A stretch of DNA of 64,000 nt from an uncultured Oscillospiraceae bacterium (GTDB taxonomy: Bacteria > Bacillota > Clostridia > Christensenellales > CAG-138): assembly GCA_964474405.1 (NCBI GenBank), contig CAYYUV010000001.1, positions 90,310-154,309 on the forward strand. Direction: 5' to 3'. Below the pieces are notes generated by a model. It had not been told where the DNA came from. It searched no databases and worked only from the letters and a program-made list of their open reading frames with translations. Within the stretch, counting starts at the first letter, position 1, and each line of letters starts with the position of its first letter. Shown here one piece after another: positions 25,413-34,938 of the stretch. Position numbers and translations under genes: made by a program.

Positions 25413-26924
25413 TCAGCCCTGAGCCGGATAGCCCGCGACTTCCTTTTGCAGCACGTCGTGCGCGCCGCCCTCCTGAATGCTCGCGGCGGATACAAGGGTC
25501 AGCCTGGCCTTCTGCCGCAGATCCGCAAGCGTCAGCGCGCCGCAGTTGCACATCGTGGAGCGCACCTTGGACAGCGTAATTTGTACGTTGTCATGCAAGG
25601 AGCCTGCATACGGAACGTAGGAATCCACGCCCTCTTCAAAGGACAGGTGCGAATCGCCGCCCATGTCATACCGCTGCCAGTTGCGCGCCCGGGCTGAGCC
25701 CTCGCCCCAGTATTCCTTCATATAGTTGCCGTTAATAATGACCTTGTTTGTGGGGCTTTCGTCGCAGCGGGCAAAATACCGCCCCAGCATCACAAAATCC
25801 GCGCCCATTGCCAGTGCGAGCGTGATGTGATAATCCATCACGATGCCGCCGTCCGCGCAGATGGGGACATAGACGCCGGTTTCGGCAAAATATTCGTCTC
25901 GCGCCGCCGCGACCTCCTGAATCGCGGTGGCCTGACCACGGCCGATGCCCTTGGCTTCGCGCGTGATGCAGATACTCCCGCCGCCGATGCCGACCTTCAC
26001 AAAATCCGCGCCCGCATCCGCCAGAAAACGGAAGCCGTCGCGGTCGATCACGTTGCCCGCGCCGACTTTGACCGTATCGCCGTAGGCACTGCGGATGTAG
26101 GCAAGCGTGCGCTCCTGCCAGACTGTGTAGCCCTCTGAGGAATCGATGCAGAGGATATCTGCGCCCGCATCCACCAGGGCGGGAACACGCTCCTCATAAT
26201 CACGGGTGTTGATGCCGGCGCCAACGACATACCGTTTGCCGTTGTCCAGCAGCTCGAGCGGATATTGCTTATGCCGGTCGTAGTCCTTGCGGAAAACGAA
26301 CGCGACCATATGCCCGTCGCGGGTGATGATCGGAAGCTGGTTGAGCTTGTGATCCCATATAATGTCGTTGGCATCCTTGAGGGAGATGCCGTCCTCGCCG
26401 CAGATCAGATGCTCGATCGGGGTCATAAAGGTGGAGACCTTCGTTTCCGGTGCCATCCGGCTCGGCCGGTAATCTCGGCTGGTGATGATGCCCAGCAACA
26501 GTCCCGTTGCCGTGCCGTCGTTGGTGACCGCGATGGTGGAATGCCCGGTGCGCGCTTTCATCGCCAGAACGTCCGCCATGGTCGAATCCGGCGTCACGTT
26601 GGAATCGGAGACGGAGAACCCGGCCTTGTATTTTTTGACCTTGCGCACCATATCCGCCTGTGAAGCGACCGACTGTGACCCAAACAGAAACGACACGCCG
26701 CCCTCCTGCGCCAGCGCCACGCCGAGCCTGTCGCCCGATACGGACTGCATGACCGCCGAGACCAGCGGAATGTTCATCGACAGCGCTGGCGTTTCCCCGC
26801 GGCGAAACCGGCACAGCGGTGTGGCGAGGGAGGTATTCTCCACGACGCAGTCCGGCCCCGTGTACCCGGGCACCAAAAGATACTCGGAAAAAGTGTGCGA
26901 GGGTTCATTATAATATGTAGCCAT
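25413..26924 (-). CDS. IMP dehydrogenase family protein (with CBS pair)
   Basis: Catalytic loop [12 protein letters not shown], and the family pattern runs throughout. ATG 26924 follows GGGGAGG. The upstream 98 codons of the track ORF are non-coding. Confidence 0.92.
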   Translation of the reverse strand: MATYYNEPSHTFSEYLLVPGYTGPDCVVENTSLATPLCRFRRGETPALSMNIPLVSAVMQSVSGDRLGVALAQEGGVSFLFGSQSVASQADMVRKVKKYKAGFSVSDSNVTPDSTMADVLAMKARTGHSTIAVTNDGTATGLLLGIITSRDYRPSRMAPETKVSTFMTPIEHLICGEDGISLKDANDIIWDHKLNQLPIITRDGHMVAFVFRKDYDRHKQYPLELLDNGKRYVVGAGINTRDYEERVPALVDAGADILCIDSSEGYTVWQERTLAYIRSAYGDTVKVGAGNVIDRDGFRFLADAGADFVKVGIGGGSICITREAKGIGRGQATAIQEVAAARDEYFAETGVYVPICADGGIVMDYHITLALAMGADFVMLGRYFARCDESPTNKVIINGNYMKEYWGEGSARARNWQRYDMGGDSHLSFEEGVDSYVPYAGSLHDNVQITLSKVRSTMCNCGALTLADLRQKARLTLVSAASIQEGGAHDVLQKEVAGYPAQG

Positions 26925-26949
26925 GCCGCGCCTCCCCATGTTTTTCCCT

Positions 26950-26978
26950 ATTATAAGGCATGCCATCGGCGGATGCAA
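26950..26978 (-). promoter_or_regulatory. Sigma-70-like promoter of the IMPDH-family gene
   Basis: Minus strand: TTGCAT (26978-26973), 17-nt spacer, TATAAT (26955-26950). Confidence 0.6.
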
Positions 26979-27039
26979 CGGATTATTTCCCGTTTTTCCC
27001 ACTGGTGGATTTTTCCGGCAGGTATGATATAATATATGC

Positions 27040-27729
27040 GTGAAAAAGCATGACAAAGCCGTGTTCTTTGACCGGGACGGTACGTTGACCCATTTGGATC
27101 CTGCATGCGACGCATTTTTGCGCGACAGGATTGCAGCGTGGTCGCAGCGGCCGTATGTCCAACCAACGTATGAGCAGACCATGACGTTTCTCGAACAGTC
27201 CGCGCGCCCGGCGGCCAAGGCCTGGACTCGGGAGGCGGAAAAAGCTTCGCTTGTGCGGTATTATGCGCTGATGCTGCGCGCTGCGGGCGTAACGGACGAC
27301 GTGGATGCGCGCGCCGGCATTCTGGTGGATCGGATGTGGCTGAGAGATCGCGTTCTGTACCCGGAAGTAAAGGACACGCTGGCGTACTTTTATCGGAATG
27401 GGTATCGGTTGGGCGTGATTTCGGACACCTCGCCTTCGCTTCGCTTGACGCTGCAAGCGCTTGGGATCGACACTTATTTTGACTGCTTCATCTGTTCGGA
27501 TGAGGTTGGCGTGATGAAGCCGGATCCCCGGATGTATCAAGCCGCACTGGATGCGCTCGGCGTCTTGGCGGAACAGAGCATCTATGTGGACGATTACGAC
27601 GTTGAGGCGGACGGCGCACGCGCCATGGGCTTTTTGAGCTTTCATCTGACGCGCAGACATCCCCCGGTGGGCGCATGGGATATCGCATCGCTTTCGGACA
27701 TGATCCGATACAGGGAGGAACACCGATGA
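27040..27729 (+). CDS. HAD-superfamily hydrolase
   Basis: Motif I FFDRDGTL and motif IV-like [15 protein letters not shown] start. Confidence 0.88.
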   Translation: MKKHDKAVFFDRDGTLTHLDPACDAFLRDRIAAWSQRPYVQPTYEQTMTFLEQSARPAAKAWTREAEKASLVRYYALMLRAAGVTDDVDARAGILVDRMWLRDRVLYPEVKDTLAYFYRNGYRLGVISDTSPSLRLTLQALGIDTYFDCFICSDEVGVMKPDPRMYQAALDALGVLAEQSIYVDDYDVEADGARAMGFLSFHLTRRHPPVGAWDIASLSDMIRYREEHR

Positions 27730-28295
27730 CCAATACGGAGATCCGGCGGCTTTTGACCTTTGCGATTCTGCCGAAGACACTGTGCCGGCTTCGCACCTAC
27801 TATATGGATGACTGGCGGTATTACCTGCCGCTCACCACCTCACAGACGCTGCTGTGCGCCTCGGAGGAGGAGAATTTCAGGTTCAACGGCTATACCGTGC
27901 TTCCTTTTGCCGACATTGACGAGGCAGAGGAAAGCGGCGGGCTGTACAGCCGGATCCTGACGGCGGAGCATATGCTGGACGGGCTGGCGCTTCCGCCCAT
28001 TGACATCACAAGCTGGCGCACGCTGTTTGATTCGCTCGATGCGCTGGGCGAGAACGTGATAGTCGAAGGGGAGGACCCGGATCCCGACATGAGCCTGTTT
28101 GCCATCGGCCGGGTTGAAAAGGTCTGCGCTTCCTGCGTGTATCTGCGTCATTTCGATGCGGAAGGCGTATGGGAAAAGGAGCCGTGGCGCATCATGTACG
28201 ATGAGATTACCGGCGTCACGTTGCGCTCGCGCTATGTGGAGCTGATGTCCAAATACCTGCCGCCGTTGCCGCAGGATTTTAGGAAAGGGGTTTGA
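27726..28295 (+). CDS. Hypothetical protein
   Basis: The ATG overlaps the HAD stop (ATGA) and is preceded by GGAGG. No recognisable motif. Confidence 0.7.
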   Translation: MTNTEIRRLLTFAILPKTLCRLRTYYMDDWRYYLPLTTSQTLLCASEEENFRFNGYTVLPFADIDEAEESGGLYSRILTAEHMLDGLALPPIDITSWRTLFDSLDALGENVIVEGEDPDPDMSLFAIGRVEKVCASCVYLRHFDAEGVWEKEPWRIMYDEITGVTLRSRYVELMSKYLPPLPQDFRKGV

Positions 28296-28301
28296 CTCAT
28301 A

Positions 28302-28973
28302 ATGCCGTTTTCCAAGCAGACGCTGGATTTTCTTGCGGAAAATCGCATACGTGATGACAAGGACTGGTTCCATGCGCATGACGGGGTGTATCGCGTGGCG
28401 GTTCTGGAGCCGCTTAGGGAGCTGTGCGCGCGGCTTACGCCCGCCATGCTGCGGATCGATCCTGCCTTTATGACCGAGCCGAAGATCGGCAAGTGTCTGT
28501 CCCGCATCTACCGTGATACGCGCTATACCCATGACAAATCCATCTTTCGGGATGTGATGTGGATTCTCTTTGCCCGCGACAGGCGGCTTTATAACGGCCT
28601 GCCCGGGTGCTTTTTTGAGCTTTCGCCATCCGGATTCCGGTATGGATGCGGCTATTATCAGGCGGATCGCGCCGCGATCGAACGTATGCGGCAGATGATT
28701 GTTGCGGATCACCCGGCCTATCTTCAGGCAGCCGCGGCCTATGCTCGTCAGGACGTTTTTTTGCTGGAGGGGGATAAGTACAAACGCAGCCGGCATCCCG
28801 ACCAGCCGGAGCATAAGCGCGACTGGCTCGATCGCAAAAACCTGTGCTTTATTCACGAGAGCCGGGATTTTTCGTTGCTGTATGCCGAGGATCTGTGGAA
28901 GCGTGTATCGGAGGAGCTGGCGCTTACAAAGCCGATATATGATTTTTTCTGGGCGGCGGAGGAAAGCAAGTAA
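28302..28973 (+). CDS. DUF2461 (TIGR02453) family protein
   Basis: MPFSKQTLDFLAENRIRDDKDWFHAH...RIYRDTRYTHDKS is typical of DUF2461. Confidence 0.85.
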   Translation: MPFSKQTLDFLAENRIRDDKDWFHAHDGVYRVAVLEPLRELCARLTPAMLRIDPAFMTEPKIGKCLSRIYRDTRYTHDKSIFRDVMWILFARDRRLYNGLPGCFFELSPSGFRYGCGYYQADRAAIERMRQMIVADHPAYLQAAAAYARQDVFLLEGDKYKRSRHPDQPEHKRDWLDRKNLCFIHESRDFSLLYAEDLWKRVSEELALTKPIYDFFWAAEESK

Positions 28974-29044
28974 GCGGGTGGGGGATGTGCGAGTTTATTC
29001 TGACAAGAAAGCTCGAACAGGAAAGCGCATAGGAAAGGGGCTAC

Positions 29045-29767
29045 ATGGAACAAAGACCGCGCACGGCGGGCTTCGGCGCCGTCGCTATCAAGGCGTTGCT
29101 GCTGTTGATTGGCATCGTTGGACAGTTGGCCGGGACGGTGTTTGATCACACGGATTTCATGTCCGGCGGACATTTTCTCTATTATACCCATCAGAGCAAC
29201 CTTGCCGTCATGGCGGTCATCGCCGTCTTTCTCGTCTATGATATTCTGCGCCTTGTGCGCGGAGCGCGCGCGCCCATGCCGCCCAACTGGCTCATGATTG
29301 TGCGGTTTTCCGTAACGGTAGCCATCGCGCTCACCTTTCTGGTGTTCTCCATGCTCCTGACGCCGCAGATGATTGCGGAAAGCCATGCCGACTATCTGTT
29401 TTCGATCAACAATCTGTGCGTGCACAATTTGGTGCCGCTGCTGGCTGTGCTGGATTGGTGCCTGTTTGGCTATCCCATCCGTGCCCGCCGATGGACGTTT
29501 CTGTGGGGCGCCATTATGCCGTTGTATTATTGCGTGTTTGCGCTTGTTCTGAGCACCACCGGCGCGGATGCCTTCGGCTCGGGGCGGAAGGTGCCTTATT
29601 TCTTTTTCGATTATGATAAGATCGGCTGGCTCCGCATTCAGAACGGGCAGCCGGGCTTTGTATGGTGGTTTCTGATTCTTTGCGTCGTGGTGCTTGCCAT
29701 GGGATTTGGGCTGATGGCCGTCGCGCAAGCGGCAGGCAGGGCGCGCGCCGCGCGGGATTTGGCCTGA
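29045..29767 (+). CDS. Integral membrane protein, Pr6Pr/FAR-17a-AIG1-like
   Basis: About 6 TM helices and a YYTHQSNL motif. Confidence 0.7.
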   Translation: MEQRPRTAGFGAVAIKALLLLIGIVGQLAGTVFDHTDFMSGGHFLYYTHQSNLAVMAVIAVFLVYDILRLVRGARAPMPPNWLMIVRFSVTVAIALTFLVFSMLLTPQMIAESHADYLFSINNLCVHNLVPLLAVLDWCLFGYPIRARRWTFLWGAIMPLYYCVFALVLSTTGADAFGSGRKVPYFFFDYDKIGWLRIQNGQPGFVWWFLILCVVVLAMGFGLMAVAQAAGRARAARDLA

Positions 29768-29850
29768 CCTGCGTGGGACATGCCTTCCCTTGCAAGCTTT
29801 TGCATACGGACACGCCGGATAATATCATTACAGCATAAGGAGACGATCGG

Positions 29851-30413
29851 ATGAAGCCGGAAGTTTTGCTGGAGGCGCTGCACACGGCGGAGCGACTCAA
29901 GGACACGGTTGGCATTGCGATACCTCGGGCGGCAGGCGTGAAAGCGTCGCCGAGCATTGCTGGCGCGCGTCGCTGATGGCGTACTGGATGAAGGACGCGT
30001 TTCCGGATGCGGACATCAACCGTGTCGTTTTGATGTGTATTCTGCATGATCTTGGCGAAGCGTTCACCGGGGATATCCCCGTTTTTGCCAAAACAGAGGC
30101 GGATGAACAGCGGGAAACGGCACTGCTCGATGCGTTTGTCCGCTCCCTGCCCGAGCCGTTTGCGGCCGAGATGTCCGAGTTGTACCGGGAGATAGCGGAG
30201 CAAGCCACAACGGAAGCGCGCCTGTTTCGCGCGATTGACGGACTGGAGGCGCTGATTCAGCACAACGAGTCTGCTTTATCCACCTGGCTTCCCGGGGAGT
30301 ATGCCCTGAACACGACTTATGCGGAGGATCGCATGGCATTTTCGGATTATTTGACGGCTTTTCGCCAGATTGTGCGCGAGGAAACGGTCAAAAAAATCGA
30401 CGCCGGAATCTGA
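29851..30413 (+). pseudogene. HD-domain phosphohydrolase (YfbR-like) interrupted by a frameshift near 29908-29913
   Basis: ATG 29851 has an AAGGAGA RBS and encodes MKPEVLLEALHTAERLKDTV in frame 1, ending at TGA 29974. Frame 3 continues with HCDTSGGRRESVAEHCWRASLMAYWM...ILHDLGEAFTGD but has no start codon before 29976. Confidence 0.7.
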
Positions 30414-30535
30414 TTCAAACCACATCGGACGATGGCGGCGGTCGTAGCACGCAAAAAAAAGCAGGCCGCGGCTCAAGTCCGTGCGAAGATATCCATACAA
30501 CCGGATCCCATCCCAAAATACGGTGGGATCCTTTG

Positions 30536-32845
30536 TTATTCGGAGGATTCGTCCCAGAACACGCTGCACCGTGCGGCAATGTCCGTCGTGTTTTTGACCC
30601 GCGTGACCTGCCAAAGCGGCGGAATCAGCGCCCGGTATCCCGGCTCGTCATAGCGGTCGTCAATCAGCAGCAGTGCGCCGAGATCGGTCTCTGTGCGGAT
30701 GATGCGTCCCGCTGCCTGTAAAACCCGGCACATACCGGGAAAGCGGTAGGCATAGTCGTATCCGCAGCCGTATTTGTCCTCATACGCCAGCTGCAGCGTG
30801 CTGCGCTCCAGCCCAAGCTGCGGTAGCCCTACGCCGACGATGGCCGCGCCGCACAGGCGCTCCGCAGGAAGGTCAACGCCCTCCGAAAAGACGCCGCCCA
30901 GAACCGCAAGCCCGACCGTAATCCCTGTGGGGTCGGGTGAAAACTGCTCCAAAAACGCCGTGCGTTCTTCATCCGGCATCCGCGCGCTCTGGCATAGCAC
31001 GCGCGCATGTGTAAGCAGCGGGATCAGCTGCTCTGACAGCGCGTGCAGATAGGCGTGAGATGGCAGATAGATCAGATAATTGCCGCGCGCCCTGCGCGTT
31101 ACAAACGCGGCGATATGCGCAGCGACGGCGGGGAGGGTTCGCTCCCGATCCTGATAACGCGTGCTGATGCGCGCATGCAGCACCAAAAGCTGTTCGGCGT
31201 AAAACGGGGACGGAAGATCCAGCATCGGCGCATCGTCCTGCAGCCCGCACAGGGCGCGATAAAACGAGAATGGCGACAGCGTAGCCGAGAACAGCACCGC
31301 GCCCATGCAGGTGCGATAGGTCGCCGCCAGCTGCTTTGCGCTGTCTGTACAGAACAGGGCGACCCGCCGCGTGGTTTTGCCGCCGTCAAGCAGCGTGACA
31401 TAATCTTCCGTATAGCTTTCACCGGCAAAGACAAAGGCCGACAACGCAAACAGCAGTTCCCGCGCGAGCGCGGAGTCGGCCGGCACATCCTCGCCGCGCA
31501 GCAGCGGCAGCGTTTTTTCCGCCTCCTTCAGCAGCGCCGTGGGCGCTTCCCGACAGGCGCGCGGGGCGTCGTCGTCGATAAAACAATCCCGGATCGCATG
31601 CATCAGCGCGGTCAGCCGCCGGTAAAACGCGCCCTTTCGGAGCGGCTTTGGCACGGATTTGCGCGTGTCCGCAATCAGCTTCAGCGAGAGCGACGCAGAA
31701 TACATGTCTCTGCCGCGGTCTGGCAGGTTGTGCGCCTCGTCTATGAGCAGCGTCTGTCGGCGCTGTCCCTGTAAAAAGAATCGCTGCAGCCGCACGCGCG
31801 GGTCGAACGCGTAGTTGTAGTCACAGATGATCACATCCGCCATCAACGCAAGATCAAGCGCCAGCTCAAACGGACAGAGCAGGTGCGCATCCGCAATCTT
31901 GCGGATCCGTTCCCGGTCATATATGCCGTTGCCGCTGTTAAAATCCGCAATCGCGTCGGACAGCCGGTCGTAGTAGCCCTCGGCGCGCAGGCATGGAGCG
32001 TGCTTGCAGACGGGCGTGTCAAACACGCAAGCCTTTTCCCGGGCGGTGATGACCACGGCGCGAAGCTGCGGGATCGCCAATAGCCGGACGGCGTCGATCG
32101 CGGCCTGCTGCTGAGTGGTACGCGCGGTCAGATAAAACAGCCGGTCGGTCAGGCCCTCGCCCACCGCCTTCAGCGCGGGAAACAGCACGGCCATCGTCTT
32201 TCCCGTTCCCGTCGGCGCGGAGACCAGCAGTGTTTGCTTCTCCTTGACTGTCCAGTATACCTGTTGCGCCAGTTCGCGCTGTCCCTTGCGATAAGCGGGA
32301 TAGGGAAAGACAGCGCGCTGAAGCGCGTCGCGCAGCGTTTGGGCATGACGGATCTGGCCGAGCAGCCTAACAAGATACGCGGTCACGACGCTGTCGAACG
32401 CGGTCTTCAGCTCCTCAGAGGGATAAAACTTGGGAAAGGACGTTACTTCGCCGGTTCCGAGGTTAAGATAGGTCACCGCGACCTCGATCCCCGGTAACCC
32501 CTGCGACACGCAGAGCATATGCGCATAGCATATCGCCTGCATCCGATGCTGCGGGTCGATCTGCTTCTCCGTTGCGACAGCACGATAGACGGTCTTGATT
32601 TCCTCAACCCGCGTGCATCCATACAGACGGTCAATGCGGCCGTGCACCGTCAAAGAGACCTCGTCCGTCTCTACGGTCAGCTGCACCGGCACCTCGTTGA
32701 GCGCGTCGGGATGCGGCACATGCTGCAGTGCCTGATGACCCCGAATGCCATCCAGCATACGCTGCGCCGAGGCGTCGAACACGAGATCGCCCGATACCAT
32801 CACCTGTTCTATCATCGTCCGCACGGCAACGCGTCTTTTCTCCAT
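30536..32845 (-). CDS. DinG/XPD-family Fe-S ATP-dependent DNA helicase with N-terminal PD-(D/E)xK (Cas4/RecB-like) nuclease domain
   Basis: Walker A VSAPTGTGKT, DEAH box LIDEAHNL, Cys cluster CVFDTPVCKHAPC, and N-terminal GRIDRL...VEEIKT. ATG 32845 is chosen as the start. Confidence 0.88.
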   Translation of the reverse strand: MEKRRVAVRTMIEQVMVSGDLVFDASAQRMLDGIRGHQALQHVPHPDALNEVPVQLTVETDEVSLTVHGRIDRLYGCTRVEEIKTVYRAVATEKQIDPQHRMQAICYAHMLCVSQGLPGIEVAVTYLNLGTGEVTSFPKFYPSEELKTAFDSVVTAYLVRLLGQIRHAQTLRDALQRAVFPYPAYRKGQRELAQQVYWTVKEKQTLLVSAPTGTGKTMAVLFPALKAVGEGLTDRLFYLTARTTQQQAAIDAVRLLAIPQLRAVVITAREKACVFDTPVCKHAPCLRAEGYYDRLSDAIADFNSGNGIYDRERIRKIADAHLLCPFELALDLALMADVIICDYNYAFDPRVRLQRFFLQGQRRQTLLIDEAHNLPDRGRDMYSASLSLKLIADTRKSVPKPLRKGAFYRRLTALMHAIRDCFIDDDAPRACREAPTALLKEAEKTLPLLRGEDVPADSALARELLFALSAFVFAGESYTEDYVTLLDGGKTTRRVALFCTDSAKQLAATYRTCMGAVLFSATLSPFSFYRALCGLQDDAPMLDLPSPFYAEQLLVLHARISTRYQDRERTLPAVAAHIAAFVTRRARGNYLIYLPSHAYLHALSEQLIPLLTHARVLCQSARMPDEERTAFLEQFSPDPTGITVGLAVLGGVFSEGVDLPAERLCGAAIVGVGLPQLGLERSTLQLAYEDKYGCGYDYAYRFPGMCRVLQAAGRIIRTETDLGALLLIDDRYDEPGYRALIPPLWQVTRVKNTTDIAARCSVFWDESSE

Positions 32846-32872
32846 ACAGCCAGTATAGCATAGAATTACGGT

Positions 32873-32900
32873 GAAAAAAAGGCCAGGACGTATGGCCTGC
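32873..32900 (-). terminator. Hairpin + U-tract (minus strand), 28 nt upstream of the helicase start
   Basis: Minus strand: AGGCCA-TACGTCC-TGGCCT followed by TTTTTTT. Confidence 0.55.
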
Positions 32901-32969
32901 CGGCACGCGGATGATTGGATCATACGGTTCGTTTGTCCCGCAAGAAAAGCGGATGTTGCGTGCAACCAC

Positions 32970-33004
32970 AAAAAAAGGCCGGGGCGCATCGTGTGCGCTC
33001 CGGC
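32970..33004 (-). terminator. Terminator downstream of the surface-protein gene
   Basis: Minus strand: GCCGGAGCGCA-CACGA-TGCGCCCCGGC followed by CTTTTTTT. Confidence 0.65.
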
Positions 33005-33035
33005 TCATGTGAGCAAACGGTTATTGTGATCAGAA

Positions 33036-34601
33036 TTAGGCAATGTTTCCGCCGCGTATCCGTCGCCTAAGCACAAGCAGCGCGCCCATCGACCCTGCCG
33101 CAACAATGGCAATTCCCACGAACAGCCAGGGTGTGGATATATCGTCCGTGGCCGGCACGGGAGGCTCCTCGGCGAGTACGCCCACCTCACGCTCAAAGGT
33201 TTGGCCGGTGGCGACCCATCCGCCGTCCGTCCATTCGTATACAAGATAGGTCACATGCAGCGTATAGCCGCCCGGCCGTGTCAGGGTAAAATGTGCCTGA
33301 CCGTTGACGTCAAACTCGCCTTCGGGGTTGATCTTATAGGTGACAGGCTTCGCAATGGCATTGACGGTATGCCCGCCGTAGCTGGATGCCACGGACGCGC
33401 CATCCTCGTCAAACACCAGATCCTTGGCGTAGGTCTGCCGCAGGTATTGCCCGTCATCGGTGATATAGAGCGGCTGCGCGGTAACGACCGTGCGCGCATC
33501 GGTGTATACCGTGTTGGAGGGCAGTCCCTCGCCGCTGCGCTGCGTTACCGTGATTCCTCCCTCACTGCCGATCGAGACTGCTGCGACGTCCACGCCCTGC
33601 TGCGGATTCAGCGTAACCGTTACATAGCGTTCCGCGGACGGGTCACCCCGCAAAGCATAATAGAAGCGCAGCATGACCGATCCGGTCAGCTCACCGTCAT
33701 AATGGAACGTAAGATCGGCCGGAAACGCATATTGCCAACCGACAAAGCCGGTCCAAACAACACCGGTGCCTTCCGCGGTGGATACATCGATTCGATACAT
33801 CGCGTCATCCAGAGAGCCGGCCGTGAGCCCCAGACGGAAGGAGCCGTCATCGCAGATCTCCTCCAGTGTGAACACGGGCAGCGTGCCGCCCACAGCGGCG
33901 TCAGACTGGTAGACGGGCGATAATGTTTCTGCGCTGTCGGCAAGTGAGGCATGCCCGCTGATGGACGACACCCCGGCGGTCAGCGGTCCGCGCGCCGCAT
34001 ACTTTTGAATCTGCTCAGAAAGGTCACAGCAAGAGCCTGTGACGACACAGCCATAGAGCGCCGTGCCATCCGCGGCATATAGGGTGACGCGGTAGCCCGT
34101 CGCATGTGCGGCGGAAGGAATAAGCAGCATGCCGTCCTGCCCGCGCACGCCCCAACTCACGGAGGCGGGCGCTTCGGGCGCTTCGGCCTCGGTAATGGCG
34201 TGCAGCGCGCCCAGCGTGATCCGACCGTTCTCCAGAACATTCTTGCGATTCATGACGTCCTGTTCAACGGGGAAGGCATAGACGACATAGGTGCCGTTCC
34301 AGCTTTCGTCGAAGCAAGGGACAATCAGCGTGTCCGAATCGGAGGCGGCAAGCTGCGTCTCCTCCCCGGCGGCGTCGACCAGATACCACATATAATAGGT
34401 GGCCTGAGAAACGTTTGTTACCTGAAGCCTCAGCTTTGCGCCAATCGGCACACCGCCGTCGGAGGCGGGGGCGAGGTCCAGATCACGGTACTGGACTAGT
34501 CGGGAAATGCACACCGTGCTGCTCTCGGCTCTTGCGGCAGAGAACGGCATCAGCACAAGCACAAACAATATGAGCATGAGCCACGGCGTGAATTTTTTCA
34601 T
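33036..34601 (-). CDS. Orphan secreted/cell-surface protein with N-terminal signal peptide and C-terminal TM anchor
   Basis: MKKFTPWLMLILFVLVLMPFSAARA signal peptide. C-terminal WLFVGIAIVAAGSMGALLVLRRRIR. GGAGGAAGG RBS at ATG 34601. No LPXTG motif. Confidence 0.8.
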   Translation of the reverse strand: MKKFTPWLMLILFVLVLMPFSAARAESSTVCISRLVQYRDLDLAPASDGGVPIGAKLRLQVTNVSQATYYMWYLVDAAGEETQLAASDSDTLIVPCFDESWNGTYVVYAFPVEQDVMNRKNVLENGRITLGALHAITEAEAPEAPASVSWGVRGQDGMLLIPSAAHATGYRVTLYAADGTALYGCVVTGSCCDLSEQIQKYAARGPLTAGVSSISGHASLADSAETLSPVYQSDAAVGGTLPVFTLEEICDDGSFRLGLTAGSLDDAMYRIDVSTAEGTGVVWTGFVGWQYAFPADLTFHYDGELTGSVMLRFYYALRGDPSAERYVTVTLNPQQGVDVAAVSIGSEGGITVTQRSGEGLPSNTVYTDARTVVTAQPLYITDDGQYLRQTYAKDLVFDEDGASVASSYGGHTVNAIAKPVTYKINPEGEFDVNGQAHFTLTRPGGYTLHVTYLVYEWTDGGWVATGQTFEREVGVLAEEPPVPATDDISTPWLFVGIAIVAAGSMGALLVLRRRIRGGNIA

Positions 34602-34887
34602 CCTTCCTCCAGACATAAAAGACATGCTGATATCAGAAAACGATATGTCCCCAATTTAGGAATATTTTAACATGAATTTTTGCGGATGGGAAGCCTTTTT
34701 TTTACAATTTATTCACGTTTTGATGTATTATTTCGTCAAAACTCGGTAACAAACTGTCTAAACTTGTCCAACAGTCGCCCAATATGAATGCATGGACTAG
34801 TTATAGCATAGTCCACATATTATACAACGTATGTTATACTAGTCCAACTGTGTTGGATGGCTATGAATGTTGACCGCATATCAATAC

Positions 34888-34911
34888 GGCGCCGCAGAAA
34901 ACTGCGACGCC
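34888..34911 (-). terminator. Probable terminator after the BceB-like gene
   Basis: GGCGCCGCAG-AAAA-CTGCGACGCC (1 mismatch). The U-tract on the minus strand is weak. Confidence 0.45.
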
Positions 34912-34938
34912 GTAAGCGGGGGGTGAGGGAGCGGTACG

